Source: Candidatus Latescibacterota bacterium (GTDB lineage: Bacteria; Latescibacterota; UBA2968; GCA-2709665). Taken from it: 64,000 nucleotides of DNA. The DNA is taken from positions 3,520,001 to 3,584,000 of the forward strand of contig OZ242358.1 in assembly GCA_965208835.1 (NCBI GenBank), written 5' to 3'. The position numbers and the translations under genes are program-made. Under the pieces are notes generated by a model, which saw only the letters and a program-made list of their open reading frames with translations, had not been told where the DNA came from and made no database searches. This document shows positions 8,890 to 18,555 of this stretch, piece after piece (within the stretch, counting starts at the first letter, position 1; every line of letters begins with the position of its first letter).

Positions 8890-10764
8890 ATGGCCGAAAC
8901 AGTCGTCGAGGAAATTGACGCAAAGGCCGATTTGCTGGACGAATTGATGGAGGTCGAATCCATCGCGGTTCGGTTTGCCGGGGATTCCGGCGACGGCAGC
9001 CAGTTCGTTGGCGGTGAATTCGCCAACACGTCGGCCATTGTGGGCAACGACATCAGTACGATGCCGGACTTCCCGGCCGAAATCCGTGCGCCCGCGGGCA
9101 CATTGCCGGGAATCAGCGGGTTTCAGGTACGCATTTCAAGTGAAGACATCTACACACCCGGAGACGAGCCGCAGGTGCTCGTTGCAATGAATCCGGCCGC
9201 GCTGAAGGCCAATCTCCCGGACCTGCCGCACGGGGGTGTGGTTATCACCAATACGAACAACTTCACCCGAAACAACCTGCGCAAGGCCGGCTACGATTCC
9301 GACCCGCTGGAAGACGGTTCGCTGGAAGGTTTTCGCGTTTGCCAAGTGCCTCTGACAACCCTGCACAAGAAGGCCGTAGCCGACATCGAAGGCCTGTCCA
9401 ACCGGCAGGTCGATATGATGAAGAACTGCTTCGCCCTCGGCCTTGCATACTGGATCTTCGACCGTCCTCTGGAACCGACGATCCGCATGCTGGAAGAGAA
9501 ATTCGCCAGCCGCCCCAACGTCGTTGAAGGAAACGTAACCACCCTGAAGGCCGGATACAATTACGGGGAAACGACCGAGCAGTTTCAGTTCAGGTACAGG
9601 ATACCCAGAGCCGTGGTCGAACCCGGCACCTATCGTGCCGTTACCGGCGCCCAGGCCACCGCGATGGGATTCGTCACCGCAGCTCACAAGGCCGGCAAGA
9701 CCCTCTTCTACGGCAGCTATCCCATCACGCCTGCCAGCGTCCTGCTCGAAGCGCTGGCGGCCCTGAAGAACTTTGACGTGCGCACGTTCCAGGCCGAAGA
9801 CGAAATCGCAGCCATCGGTTCCGCCATCGGCGCCGCATTCGGGGGGGCCTTCGCCGCAACCGGTACGAGCGGGCCCGGCGTCGCGCTCAAGAGCGAGGCG
9901 ATCAACCTCGCCCTGGTTCTCGAATTGCCACTGGTGGTCGCGAACTTTCAGCGGGGCGGACCCAGTACGGGGCTTCCTACGAAAACGGAACAGTCCGACC
10001 TGCTCCAGTGCATGTTCGGCCGCAACGGCGAAAGCCCGATTCCCATTGTCGCCCCGGCCACGGCCTCCGATTGCTTCCATCTGGGTATCGAGGCCTTCCG
10101 AATCGCCGTTGAAAGCATGTCACCGGTCTTCTTCCTTTCCGACGGCTATCTCAACAACAGTTCCGAACCCTGGAAGATTCCCGATCCAAGCGAAATTGAC
10201 GCCATTGTCTTCGAACATCAAACGGATCCTGAAGATTTCCAGCCATATACGCGGAATGCGCAGACCCTTTCCCGTCCGTGGGCGCTTCCTGGAACGCCCG
10301 GTATGGAACACCGCATCGGCGGGCTGGGCAAGCAGGACGGCACCGGAAACGTCTCATACGACCCGAAAGACCACGAACACATGGTCAGGGTCAGGGCGGA
10401 AAAAGTGGCGCGAATCGCCAATCGCATTCCCCGCCAGGATGTGTACGGCCCATCGGCCGGCGATGTGCTTGTCGTCGGTTGGGGCAGCACTTTCGGCGCC
10501 ATCAGATCCGCCGTTCGCAGGGGGGTCTCCAACGGCCAGTCCGTCGCGCACGCCCACATCCGATACCTGAACCCGTTTCCGGCGAACCTCGAGAGCCTGC
10601 TTCTGCGCTACCGAAAGATCCTGGTGCCGGAAATCAACGGCGGGCAGCTTTCGCTGCTTCTGAATGCCAGGTATCCTCTGCGCGTCATCAGCTATCCCAA
10701 AGTTCAGGGGCAGCCATTCAAGATTTCCGAGATCGTGGATAAAATCCACGAATTACTGGACTAG
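8890..10764 (+). CDS. korA: 2-oxoacid:acceptor oxidoreductase alpha subunit (gamma-alpha fusion, KorA-type)
   Basis: RFAGDSGDG, PAEIRAPAGT, YPITPAS, QAEDEIAA, TSGPG, QRGGPSTGLPTKTEQSD; AGGAGG RBS. Confidence 0.95.
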   Translation: MAETVVEEIDAKADLLDELMEVESIAVRFAGDSGDGSQFVGGEFANTSAIVGNDISTMPDFPAEIRAPAGTLPGISGFQVRISSEDIYTPGDEPQVLVAMNPAALKANLPDLPHGGVVITNTNNFTRNNLRKAGYDSDPLEDGSLEGFRVCQVPLTTLHKKAVADIEGLSNRQVDMMKNCFALGLAYWIFDRPLEPTIRMLEEKFASRPNVVEGNVTTLKAGYNYGETTEQFQFRYRIPRAVVEPGTYRAVTGAQATAMGFVTAAHKAGKTLFYGSYPITPASVLLEALAALKNFDVRTFQAEDEIAAIGSAIGAAFGGAFAATGTSGPGVALKSEAINLALVLELPLVVANFQRGGPSTGLPTKTEQSDLLQCMFGRNGESPIPIVAPATASDCFHLGIEAFRIAVESMSPVFFLSDGYLNNSSEPWKIPDPSEIDAIVFEHQTDPEDFQPYTRNAQTLSRPWALPGTPGMEHRIGGLGKQDGTGNVSYDPKDHEHMVRVRAEKVARIANRIPRQDVYGPSAGDVLVVGWGSTFGAIRSAVRRGVSNGQSVAHAHIRYLNPFPANLESLLLRYRKILVPEINGGQLSLLLNARYPLRVISYPKVQGQPFKISEIVDKIHELLD

Positions 10765-10924
10765 CAGCCCGTTGATAAAGCCCATCCGGGCTGCGGCCGG
10801 CTCTTGTGGCCGAATTACTGCGTTGCGCTCCCTTACCGAATCCCCAGAGTCGCTTCGGTCGCGCGCCTTGTCTACGGCCACGATAGCTCGGCCTCGCCTG
10901 CAGAGCGACTCTATCAACGGACTG
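10765..10924 (+). mobile_element. MITE family A, copy 2 (160 bp), at the korA stop codon
   Basis: Same terminal repeats and interior as copy 1; flanks CTAG (contains the korA TAG) and TTAG. Confidence 0.85.
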
Positions 10925-10957
10925 TTAGACCGTATCCTTGAATCTGGAGAACGACCC

Positions 10958-12517
10958 ATGGCCGAAGCCGCATTGGATTCACTACAACTGACGCGTAAAG
11001 ATTTCGTATCGGACCAGGAAGTCCGCTGGTGCCCCGGATGCGGGGACTACGCCATTCTGGCACAAATGCAGAGGGTGTTGCCGGAACTCGGAATACCCCG
11101 GGAACAGATTGTCTTCATCTCCGGAATCGGTTGTTCCAGCCGGTTTCCGTATTATATGAACACGTATGGCGTGCATTCCATACATGGACGCGCGCCAACC
11201 CTCGCCTCGGGCCTGAAGGTGGCCAACCCGGACCTCCACGTGTGGGTCATCACCGGAGACGGCGACGGGCTGTCCATCGGCGGCAACCATCTGCTGCATA
11301 TCCTGCGCAGGAACGTGGACGTGAACATCATTCTCTTCAACAATCGCATCTACGGCCTCACCAAGGGGCAGTACTCGCCCACGTCGCTGCCGGGCCACAA
11401 GACCTATTCGTCACCGATGGGCTCCATAGAGCAGTCCTTCAATCCCATCTCCGTTGCCATTGGCGCCGAGGCCACGTTTGTCGCGCGGTCCGTCGACAGG
11501 AATACCAAGCACCTCGCCGAGATGCTCCGCCGGGCGGCCGCCCACAAGGGCACCTCGTTTGTCGAAGTCTATCAGAACTGCAACATCTACAACGATGGCG
11601 CGTGGTTCCACATTACCGAAGCCGATGTCAAGGACGATAATACGCTAATTCTCGAAAACGGTCAGCCGATGATATTCGGAAAGGAGCATGACAAGGGTAT
11701 CCGGATGAACGACCTGCGTCCGGAAGTCGTGCCACTCGGGAACGGCGCATCCGAAAACGATCTGCTGGTGCACGACGAATCCGCCGACCCGCCCGCGCTG
11801 GCCTACATGCTCAGCCGCATGGAATATCCCGATTTTCCGGTGCCGTTAGGCGTCCTGCGTTGCGTGGACCGGCCGGTCTACGAAGAAGAAATACTCGCAC
11901 AGGGGCGCGCGGCCGTGAATCAGCAGGGGGAAGCCGATCTGTCCGCGCTTTATCATACCGCGGATACCTGGGTCGTTTCGGAAGAGGACAGCATTCCGAC
12001 CGAGCGTGACGTCGTGGAGGAGGAAATCGAGACGGATATCCCGGATATCATACCGGGAATCGGCGGAGAGGATCCAATAGACCCGAAGGGCGAATTCGAG
12101 CGTCTGGTCATCGATCCCATCTCGACGGTAGCGCTCCATCTCCCGGAATTCATCGCGCCCGGCGCCTCGATGCTGGAAGCCATGGCGCTGATGGAGGAAA
12201 AAGAAGCTGGCTGCCTGCTGGTTTCCGAAGACGGCGTGACGCTTCAGGGTATCCTGGCCGAGGGTGACTTCTTCGTCAAAGTTGTCGGTAACGACATGGA
12301 CCTGGCAACGACTTCCGTCGAAGACGTGATGACGCCCAATCCCACGACCATGAGATTGTCTGACCCGATCGGATACGCGCTGCACCTCATGGACCTGCAC
12401 GGGTACCGGCATATACCGGTTGTCGATCACGCCGGAAGGGTCGTCAAGGTGATCTCGTTCAGGGCGGCTCTCGAGTTTTTCGCTCAACTCTATGACAATG
12501 GCGCGAACGGCAGTTGA
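10958..12517 (+). CDS. korB: 2-oxoacid:ferredoxin oxidoreductase beta subunit fused to a C-terminal CBS pair
   Basis: WCPGCGD, SGIGCSSR, HGRA, GDGD...NN TPP motif, YGLTKGQYSPT; acidic linker, then CBS motifs (GILAEGDF, DVMTPNP, GYRHIPVVD). Confidence 0.93.
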   Translation: MAEAALDSLQLTRKDFVSDQEVRWCPGCGDYAILAQMQRVLPELGIPREQIVFISGIGCSSRFPYYMNTYGVHSIHGRAPTLASGLKVANPDLHVWVITGDGDGLSIGGNHLLHILRRNVDVNIILFNNRIYGLTKGQYSPTSLPGHKTYSSPMGSIEQSFNPISVAIGAEATFVARSVDRNTKHLAEMLRRAAAHKGTSFVEVYQNCNIYNDGAWFHITEADVKDDNTLILENGQPMIFGKEHDKGIRMNDLRPEVVPLGNGASENDLLVHDESADPPALAYMLSRMEYPDFPVPLGVLRCVDRPVYEEEILAQGRAAVNQQGEADLSALYHTADTWVVSEEDSIPTERDVVEEEIETDIPDIIPGIGGEDPIDPKGEFERLVIDPISTVALHLPEFIAPGASMLEAMALMEEKEAGCLLVSEDGVTLQGILAEGDFFVKVVGNDMDLATTSVEDVMTPNPTTMRLSDPIGYALHLMDLHGYRHIPVVDHAGRVVKVISFRAALEFFAQLYDNGANGS

Positions 12518-12543
12518 TTCAGGCGCCCCGTCAGATTGGACTG

Positions 12544-12580
12544 AAGGAGCCCCGGACATCGGCGTCCGGGGCTCCTTTTT
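12544..12580 (+). terminator. Intrinsic terminator after korB
   Basis: aaggagccccggac-loop-gtccggggctcctt followed by a T run. Confidence 0.85.
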
Positions 12581-12656
12581 ACGTTGGATTCCAGTTTAAC
12601 GAACGAACCTGGCGACGGGCGGCAAGGAAATCCGCGAATGCCGCTCCTCGGGTCAC

Positions 12657-13121
12657 TCAACCGTCCGGCGGCCGATTGTATACCACCTTCGCCACCAGGT
12701 CCTGGGGAAATTCATCCATTCTTCCCGGTCCCAGACGCTCCACCTCCACCCTCCCGGTTTCTATTTTCCGCCTGAGCGCGCCGACATCCACACCCAGAAA
12801 CAGGACGGGAAACTGCTTCAACTTGAAGTATGCGTTGTTATAGTGCTTCACCGCCCCGTGATAGATCCCGCGTCGAAGCTGATGGTACGCCGCGGCAAGC
12901 TGGATCAGGCCCTGAAAGAAAATCCGGCTCGGTTCGGTATGCCTGCGCCACACCTGCTCCCAGGCCTCGTGGCTCTCCCAGTGCTCGCGGCAGTTGAAGA
13001 GCGCAACGCCTCTTTCGAAGTCCGCCCAGTCCTCAACCGACATCGCGGGTTCAACCACGTCGGCTGAATTGATGAGGTATGCCTGCTTCATCCGCGCCGA
13101 TTTCAGGTCGGAACCTCGCAC
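12657..13121 (-). CDS. DUF309-family protein (start uncertain)
   Basis: GVALFN..EHWESHEAWEQVW and FFQGLIQLAAAYHQ signature. Confidence 0.88.
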   Translation of the reverse strand: MRGSDLKSARMKQAYLINSADVVEPAMSVEDWADFERGVALFNCREHWESHEAWEQVWRRHTEPSRIFFQGLIQLAAAYHQLRRGIYHGAVKHYNNAYFKLKQFPVLFLGVDVGALRRKIETGRVEVERLGPGRMDEFPQDLVAKVVYNRPPDG

Positions 13122-13124
13122 GCG

Positions 13125-13862
13125 CTATCCTCCCGAATGCACTTCGAGCATCGTCTCCAGCGCCGCCAGATGCGCCTGAACCCTTATATCCATCGCCATC
13201 GTCGAAGGCGTCTCCGAGGTAATCAGACGATCGGTATACGACTGTTTGAACAACACGATCGGCACACCGCCGCCAAGACGCCGCTTTTCCACCTCAAGGT
13301 TCGGAAATATCACGCCGTTCAATGCCGTTTCACCTTCGATTTCCGGTTGAGTATTCAGCGGGCAGACCCCTGAAACCTGTTTCGTAATCCGGGGTCCCGC
13401 GGGCGCGAGTCCGCGAACCTGTTCGTAGAGATAGTACCCGGGGCTCTCCCAATCTTCGTGAAGGTCCATTACCGCCGCGAACTTCCTCCCTCGAATGAAT
13501 CGCTTCAAAAGGCCGATTTCCGGTACGTCGTCACGAAGGAATGCCCAGTTGATGTCCACGTTTTGCGCATTCGACCGGGTATTGTGAACATATCCGTAGG
13601 GGTTCAGGCAGGGTATCACGAAAAACCGGAATCGATCCAGCCATTGCGCGCAGCCCGTCTCCAGAAAAGCCAGAGCCCCCTCCGTTCCCGCCGGTTCGTC
13701 GCCGTGGGTCCCGCCGTTGACGTAAATGGCCGGTAGCGCCGGATCTGTGCAAAGCGCCGCCAAAACGACCGGAAAGCCGTTTATACGGTCCAGCACTTCG
13801 ATTCGGACGCCCCACTGTGAAAGCGCCTCGGTACGCCGGACGACGTCGTTGTAGTCACGCAT
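13125..13862 (-). CDS. M14-family zinc carboxypeptidase / succinylglutamate desuccinylase-like
   Basis: GTHGDEPAG, NPYG....RSN...DIN, DLHED, ETP. Confidence 0.88.
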   Translation of the reverse strand: MRDYNDVVRRTEALSQWGVRIEVLDRINGFPVVLAALCTDPALPAIYVNGGTHGDEPAGTEGALAFLETGCAQWLDRFRFFVIPCLNPYGYVHNTRSNAQNVDINWAFLRDDVPEIGLLKRFIRGRKFAAVMDLHEDWESPGYYLYEQVRGLAPAGPRITKQVSGVCPLNTQPEIEGETALNGVIFPNLEVEKRRLGGGVPIVLFKQSYTDRLITSETPSTMAMDIRVQAHLAALETMLEVHSGG

Positions 13863-13907
13863 GAATAGTAACCCTGTGCCCCGTCCGCCAACCCGTGATC
13901 GCGCGAC

Positions 13908-15227
13908 TCAGGCGAACATCTCCCTGCCGAGCGTAATGCCATGCGCTTCGACGGGGTCTACGGTCCTTCCGACCCGAGCCAGCCGCCGGGACAACTCCGA
14001 GGCCAGAACTTCACCCATCTCCCGCGTCTTCTCGGGAAGTTCCAGCGCCAGGTTCCGCTGCTCCGAAGGATCGTTGTTAAGGTCGTACAGCTCCCGCATG
14101 GGATTGCCGTAAAAGTCCGGCTCGAGTGCGGCGATCAGCTTCCACCCGGTCTTGCACACGGCCCATTTGGCCATCCAGGTGCATTCCTGGGAAAGAAGGG
14201 GCTCCCCTTCTTCCCGATCCGATCCGCCGCGTATGAACGGGAGCAGCGAACGCCCGTCCATCCTGCGCGGGGCCGGCAGCCCGGCGCCTTCCAGCACCGT
14301 CGGAGCGATATCCGTGAGTTGAGCCAGGGACCGGATGCGGCTTCCATTGAACCCGGCCGCCGGCCACCGCACAATCAGCGGAACCCGTATATCGCTCTCG
14401 TACAATCCATGGTGATCGAAGTAGATACCGTGCTCACCCAGCTCCTCGCCGTGGTCACTGAATATGAACACCGCCGTTTCCTCCGCGATACCCAGGTCCT
14501 CAAGCGCCCCCAGCAATTCCCGGACTCCGTCGTCCACGCATCTTACCTCTGCGTCGTACTGGCTCCGTACAAATTCGATGTCGGTGATCTGCGCGCCCGC
14601 CGCATCCGGCCACTCGGACGCCATCCGCCCCAGCCAGCCGGACGTCCACCAGCTTCTCAGGGGCCGCCGGTAGAATTCGTCCAGGCTGCCCCTGTTTTCC
14701 ACTGTAGGATCGCTGGAGTAAAAAAGGTCTCTGTACCCCTTGGGAGGCATGTACGGCGTGTGGGGATCCCAATAGTGTACGAAGAGAAAGAACGGCTCGC
14801 GGTCGCGGGCATTCAGCCACTCGAAGGCCAGCTCATTGAACCGAAAGCACTCGGGATAACTTCCCGCTTCCCTCGGATTCAGGCAGACGTCGAACCCCCG
14901 GGAAAACCAGGGCTTGTGATGATCCGCGAGATTGTCCACCGCCGCCGTGGCGTAGCCGGCCCGCTGCAGGAATTCAGGCAGAAAAGGCGCGGTCTCGCCA
15001 AGGGACCAGCGTCCCCGGTGCGCTACGATCCCATGCGTGGTGGGCCACTGTCCGGTGAATATGCAGGTAAACGAGGGTTGCGTGGGTATCGACGGCGCAT
15101 AGCAGTTCTCGAACACCGCCGACCGGCGTGCAACCGCGTCGATGAATGGCGTGGTTGGCCGGTCGTATCCATAGCATCCGAGCCGGTCCGCTCGCAGGCT
15201 GTCGACGGCTATCATCAGGAAATTCAT
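13908..15227 (-). CDS. Sulfatase-like hydrolase (alkaline phosphatase superfamily), Thr at the nucleophile position
   Basis: DSLRAD, PTQPSFTCIFTG, HYWDPH, SDHGE, DHHGLY, ELYDLNNDPSE. Confidence 0.9.
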   Translation of the reverse strand: MNFLMIAVDSLRADRLGCYGYDRPTTPFIDAVARRSAVFENCYAPSIPTQPSFTCIFTGQWPTTHGIVAHRGRWSLGETAPFLPEFLQRAGYATAAVDNLADHHKPWFSRGFDVCLNPREAGSYPECFRFNELAFEWLNARDREPFFLFVHYWDPHTPYMPPKGYRDLFYSSDPTVENRGSLDEFYRRPLRSWWTSGWLGRMASEWPDAAGAQITDIEFVRSQYDAEVRCVDDGVRELLGALEDLGIAEETAVFIFSDHGEELGEHGIYFDHHGLYESDIRVPLIVRWPAAGFNGSRIRSLAQLTDIAPTVLEGAGLPAPRRMDGRSLLPFIRGGSDREEGEPLLSQECTWMAKWAVCKTGWKLIAALEPDFYGNPMRELYDLNNDPSEQRNLALELPEKTREMGEVLASELSRRLARVGRTVDPVEAHGITLGREMFA

Positions 15228-15281
15228 CCGCGCGCCTTCACGGTAGGTCCGGACACTCGAAGTAACCGTTGGACGTTTTTC

Positions 15282-16175
15282 TCACTCTGTATCCCGCGAG
15301 TCCGCCCGAACCACCCAATCCTCGAACTCCAGGCTCTCGGACAGATGCCAGGCCGTCAGGTAGAGCGACGCGGTAAACATCACCGCCTCGCGCGCTCGCT
15401 CCATACCGAATGCCACGACCTCGGGAGCCGGCGTCCACTCGCCCTCACCCGCGGGCGGCAATCGACCCTCCAGGCCATATACGGCGTCCAGGAGCGACCT
15501 GCTGTTTTCAATCTGTGCGGCAATTCCGGACATCAGGCTGTCCAACACGACGGGTTGTTGACCCGAAGCCAAAGCCCCGGGCGCGGGGTCGATCCTGCGT
15601 ATCAGATCGTTCACCTTGTAGTGTATGCCGCTGGGTTGAATGGCGCCGTCCGGACCGGGCCGGCCGTTGAAGTACATTGTCACGTGCAGCGGCTGGCAGA
15701 GGTCCTGGGCGTAATTCGCGACAAAACCGGCGTACATCAGACACTTTTGTCTGATGTGGCGATTGTCTGGCCAGCGCCTGTGCTCTGCAAAAGCCACTGC
15801 CAGCCTCTGCGTCCACTCGGCTACCGAATAGGGCAGAAAACCGACCTTGTCCGGCGCGACGCCCTGCTTTGCGCAAAACTCAAGCAACCCGTTGCGATCA
15901 GCCGGCAGCGAAGCGTCCGTCAGTCGTTCCGGATTGAAATAGTGTTCGGGAACTTCGGCGCGGCGCAAAATCGGCGTTCCACGATTCCTTGCCAGGTCGG
16001 GGTCCCAAACATAGTGTGCGATCGCGTCTCCTCCGGCGCGAAAGAAGCCCGGCATCCGCTCCGGAAGCGAGGCGACCGCAGCTCTGGTGACGATGCCGTG
16101 CCCGCGGACCCACCATCCCTGGGCGGCGTTCGCATTCAGGACGACCAATACCAGTACGACAGCCCATCTCGCCAT
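15282..16175 (-). CDS. Secreted S1/P1 nuclease / phospholipase C-like zinc hydrolase
   Basis: Signal peptide followed by W-x-x-x-G-H (WWVRGH), PD, EHY, DLCQPLH, GIH. Confidence 0.8.
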   Translation of the reverse strand: MARWAVVLVLVVLNANAAQGWWVRGHGIVTRAAVASLPERMPGFFRAGGDAIAHYVWDPDLARNRGTPILRRAEVPEHYFNPERLTDASLPADRNGLLEFCAKQGVAPDKVGFLPYSVAEWTQRLAVAFAEHRRWPDNRHIRQKCLMYAGFVANYAQDLCQPLHVTMYFNGRPGPDGAIQPSGIHYKVNDLIRRIDPAPGALASGQQPVVLDSLMSGIAAQIENSRSLLDAVYGLEGRLPPAGEGEWTPAPEVVAFGMERAREAVMFTASLYLTAWHLSESLEFEDWVVRADSRDTE

Positions 16176-16189
16176 CTGGCACCCCTTAC

Positions 16190-16288
16190 CAGTCCGTTGA
16201 AAAAGCCCATCCGTTCTACGGCCGGCCCTTGCGGTCGAAATACTGCGTTGCGCGGTCTCGCCTGCAGAGCGACTTTATCAACGGACTG
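16190..16288 (+). mobile_element. MITE family A, copy 3 (99 bp, internal deletion)
   Basis: Terminal repeats cagtccgttgaaaaag / ctttatcaacggactg; flanks TTAC and TTAT; central segment absent. Confidence 0.8.
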
Positions 16289-16391
16289 TTATATGCGCGT
16301 CAGCTCCGTTCCGTCTGCGGGAAATCTGCGTTTCTGAATTCTGACTGCGAAGTTACATCGGCGCATCTTCTTTGTCAACGTCTGGTTAACA

Positions 16392-16423
16392 GAAGCGGAG
16401 GCCTCGTGTGAGACCTCCGCTTC
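16392..16423 (-). terminator. Hairpin immediately downstream of tRNA-Sec
   Basis: gaagcggagg...cctccgcttc inverted repeat. Confidence 0.65.
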
Positions 16424-16429
16424 CGATTA

Positions 16430-16527
16430 TGGCGGGAATGTGTGGGAATCGAACCCACCCAGCGTGTGATTAGCACGCCGCAACGGGTTTGAAGCCCGCG
16501 AGGGCCACCAGTGCCCCATCCACTCCC
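16430..16527 (-). tRNA. selC: tRNA-Sec (anticodon UCA)
   Basis: Reverse complement GGGAGTG...GCGGG-CTTCAAA-CCCGT, long variable arm, GTGGG-TTCGATT-CCCAC, ends GCCA; 98 nt; directly downstream of selA-selB. Confidence 0.97.
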
Positions 16528-16650
16528 GCACAAAGAGCGGGCTTTCGGCAATCCCGTTATCCGGTTGCTTCGCAGGATAGGCCGCATCCGGAAGACTGAA
16601 TGCCGTTGAAAGCCGCGCAATGTCGACCGACACGATCCCCTGGCCGGCAC

Positions 16651-18555
16651 CTATATCTGCCCGGCAAGGACCCGGACGTCCCCCTTTCTCACGGTGACGC
16701 CCTTGTTGTCGAAATAGTTCAACAATGGAACGGCGTATTTGCGCGTGGTTCCCACCAGGTCGCGGAAAGCCGAAACACTCATTTCCCGGTTTCGCTGCAA
16801 GTAACCGTCGAGCCCCTGCTCAATCTCCTCGAGCGTGCGCGGCAAAAACACCAGATTCTCGTCGAGCCTTACGATCTCCCCCATCGCCTGCATGGCGGCC
16901 GCGACAGCGTGAACTTCGGCGGCGTCCTGCGCCAGGTGTACGCCAATCTCGTTCAGATCGGGAGGAGCCGCCCGCGCCGCCCTCAGAAGATCCAGAATTT
17001 CCTCTCTGATCCGGCCCTGATCCCCCGAGAACCGGATCCGGTGTTCGGCCAGCCGCAGCAGGGGACCAACGGATGCCAATACCTTCTCCGAGAGCAGATG
17101 GTCGATTGCGTGCTCGAAGAAGCCGGCAGGCGGCTTTCCCTCCACGCGCGGGCGGAGTTCGTTATGTGAAACCCCTGCCCTGAGAGGGTTGGCCTTGTGG
17201 TAGGTCGACAACGCTTCTGTTATCCGTGTGAGCAGGGACTGCCACGAATCCGTATGGACGTAAACGGCCACTCCCGCGCGGCGAAAGCCGAATGCGTCTC
17301 CCTCATCCAGCAAACCCTGCAGCCGGTCGTTGGTCTCGGACAGAGACAGCCCCAGCGCCGCCGCAAGGTCCCGGGCGGAATGCGCCCGGAATCCCGCCGC
17401 CTTCAGGCGAAGGCCCAATACCCGGGTCGGATCCTCAACTTCGGACCCGCGCAGTCGTTCCAGCGTATCCTCCCTGAAGCGGCGATGCTTGACCGGCTGC
17501 GCATCCAGCACCACCCCGCCGCCCAGTGTCTGCACGGGCGAATAACGCCGGATCACGAATCGGTCGCCCCGGGCGGCCACGCCGCGTCCTTCCAGGCGAA
17601 ACTGCACGAGCTGAGACTCACCGGGGTGCAATTCGTCGGCTTCGAGGAGAACCACGCGCGCCAGCACGTCGCGCGGACCGAGGTGCAGATGCACCCGCGT
17701 CCGGTTCTTCACCGAAGCCGGCGCATCCTTCAGCAGCCGCAGCCGCGCGTCGAGCATATAGGTTGAACTGAAATAGCCCTGTTGCGCCAGAAGATCGCCC
17801 CGGGCAACCTGATCTACCTCGACATCGGCCAGATTGATCGCCGCCCGGTGGCCGACAAGGGCGGTTTCCACGCCCCTGCCGTGCACCTGCACGCCGCGCA
17901 CCCGAACAGCCTGGTCTGCCGGCTGCAGCATCACCACGTCCTTCACCCGTACCTTGCCGGACAATACCGTGCCGGTCACGACCGTACCGAATCCCCTGAC
18001 GGAGAACACCCGATCCACCGGCAGACGGAACACACCGCCGTCAGGGCGCGTCTCCACCTTCCCGATTTCTTCCTCCAGCAATGTCCGGAGTGTCTCTATC
18101 CCCTCGCCGGTCGCAGCGGACACGGGCACGATCGGCGCGCCGTCCAGAAACGTGCCGTCGAACAGATCGCGCAGGTCCTCCACCACCAGTTCCGCCCAGT
18201 CCGGCTCCACCAGGTCCACCTTGTTCAGCGCCACAACACCCCGCCGCACGCCCAGAAAATTCAGGATTCCCAGGTGTTCGCGTGTCTGGGGCATGGCCCC
18301 GTCATCGGCCGCGACCACAAACAGTGCGAGATCCACCGAGCAGACACCCGTCACCATATTCTTCACAAACCGTTCGTGACCGGGCACGTCGATGATGGTG
18401 ACCTGGTCCTTCCAGTATGCGAATCCGATATCGATCGTGACCCCCCGATCCTTTTCCTGGGGGAGCGTATCCGTATCGATACCCGTAAGCGCCTTGATCA
18501 GCGCGGTTTTGCCGTGATCGATATGACCTGCCGTACCGATGATAACGTGCGACAT
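16651..18555 (-). CDS. selB: Selenocysteine-specific elongation factor SelB
   Basis: [24 protein letters not shown]-terminal winged-helix [13 protein letters not shown]; ATG overlaps the selA TGA. Confidence 0.97.
   Translation of the reverse strand: MSHVIIGTAGHIDHGKTALIKALTGIDTDTLPQEKDRGVTIDIGFAYWKDQVTIIDVPGHERFVKNMVTGVCSVDLALFVVAADDGAMPQTREHLGILNFLGVRRGVVALNKVDLVEPDWAELVVEDLRDLFDGTFLDGAPIVPVSAATGEGIETLRTLLEEEIGKVETRPDGGVFRLPVDRVFSVRGFGTVVTGTVLSGKVRVKDVVMLQPADQAVRVRGVQVHGRGVETALVGHRAAINLADVEVDQVARGDLLAQQGYFSSTYMLDARLRLLKDAPASVKNRTRVHLHLGPRDVLARVVLLEADELHPGESQLVQFRLEGRGVAARGDRFVIRRYSPVQTLGGGVVLDAQPVKHRRFREDTLERLRGSEVEDPTRVLGLRLKAAGFRAHSARDLAAALGLSLSETNDRLQGLLDEGDAFGFRRAGVAVYVHTDSWQSLLTRITEALSTYHKANPLRAGVSHNELRPRVEGKPPAGFFEHAIDHLLSEKVLASVGPLLRLAEHRIRFSGDQGRIREEILDLLRAARAAPPDLNEIGVHLAQDAAEVHAVAAAMQAMGEIVRLDENLVFLPRTLEEIEQGLDGYLQRNREMSVSAFRDLVGTTRKYAVPLLNYFDNKGVTVRKGDVRVLAGQI

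Noticed and set aside
10664-10957. Apparent N-terminal extension of KorB; similar ones for MazG (24144-24734) and the MlrC-like gene (7791-7862)
   Set aside because: These read through MITE-A, which happens to be open; RBS-led starts lie downstream
13941-16337. 798-aa ORF on the + strand
   Set aside because: Antisense shadow of the sulfatase-like and S1/P1-like genes; no motifs; expected in GC-rich DNA
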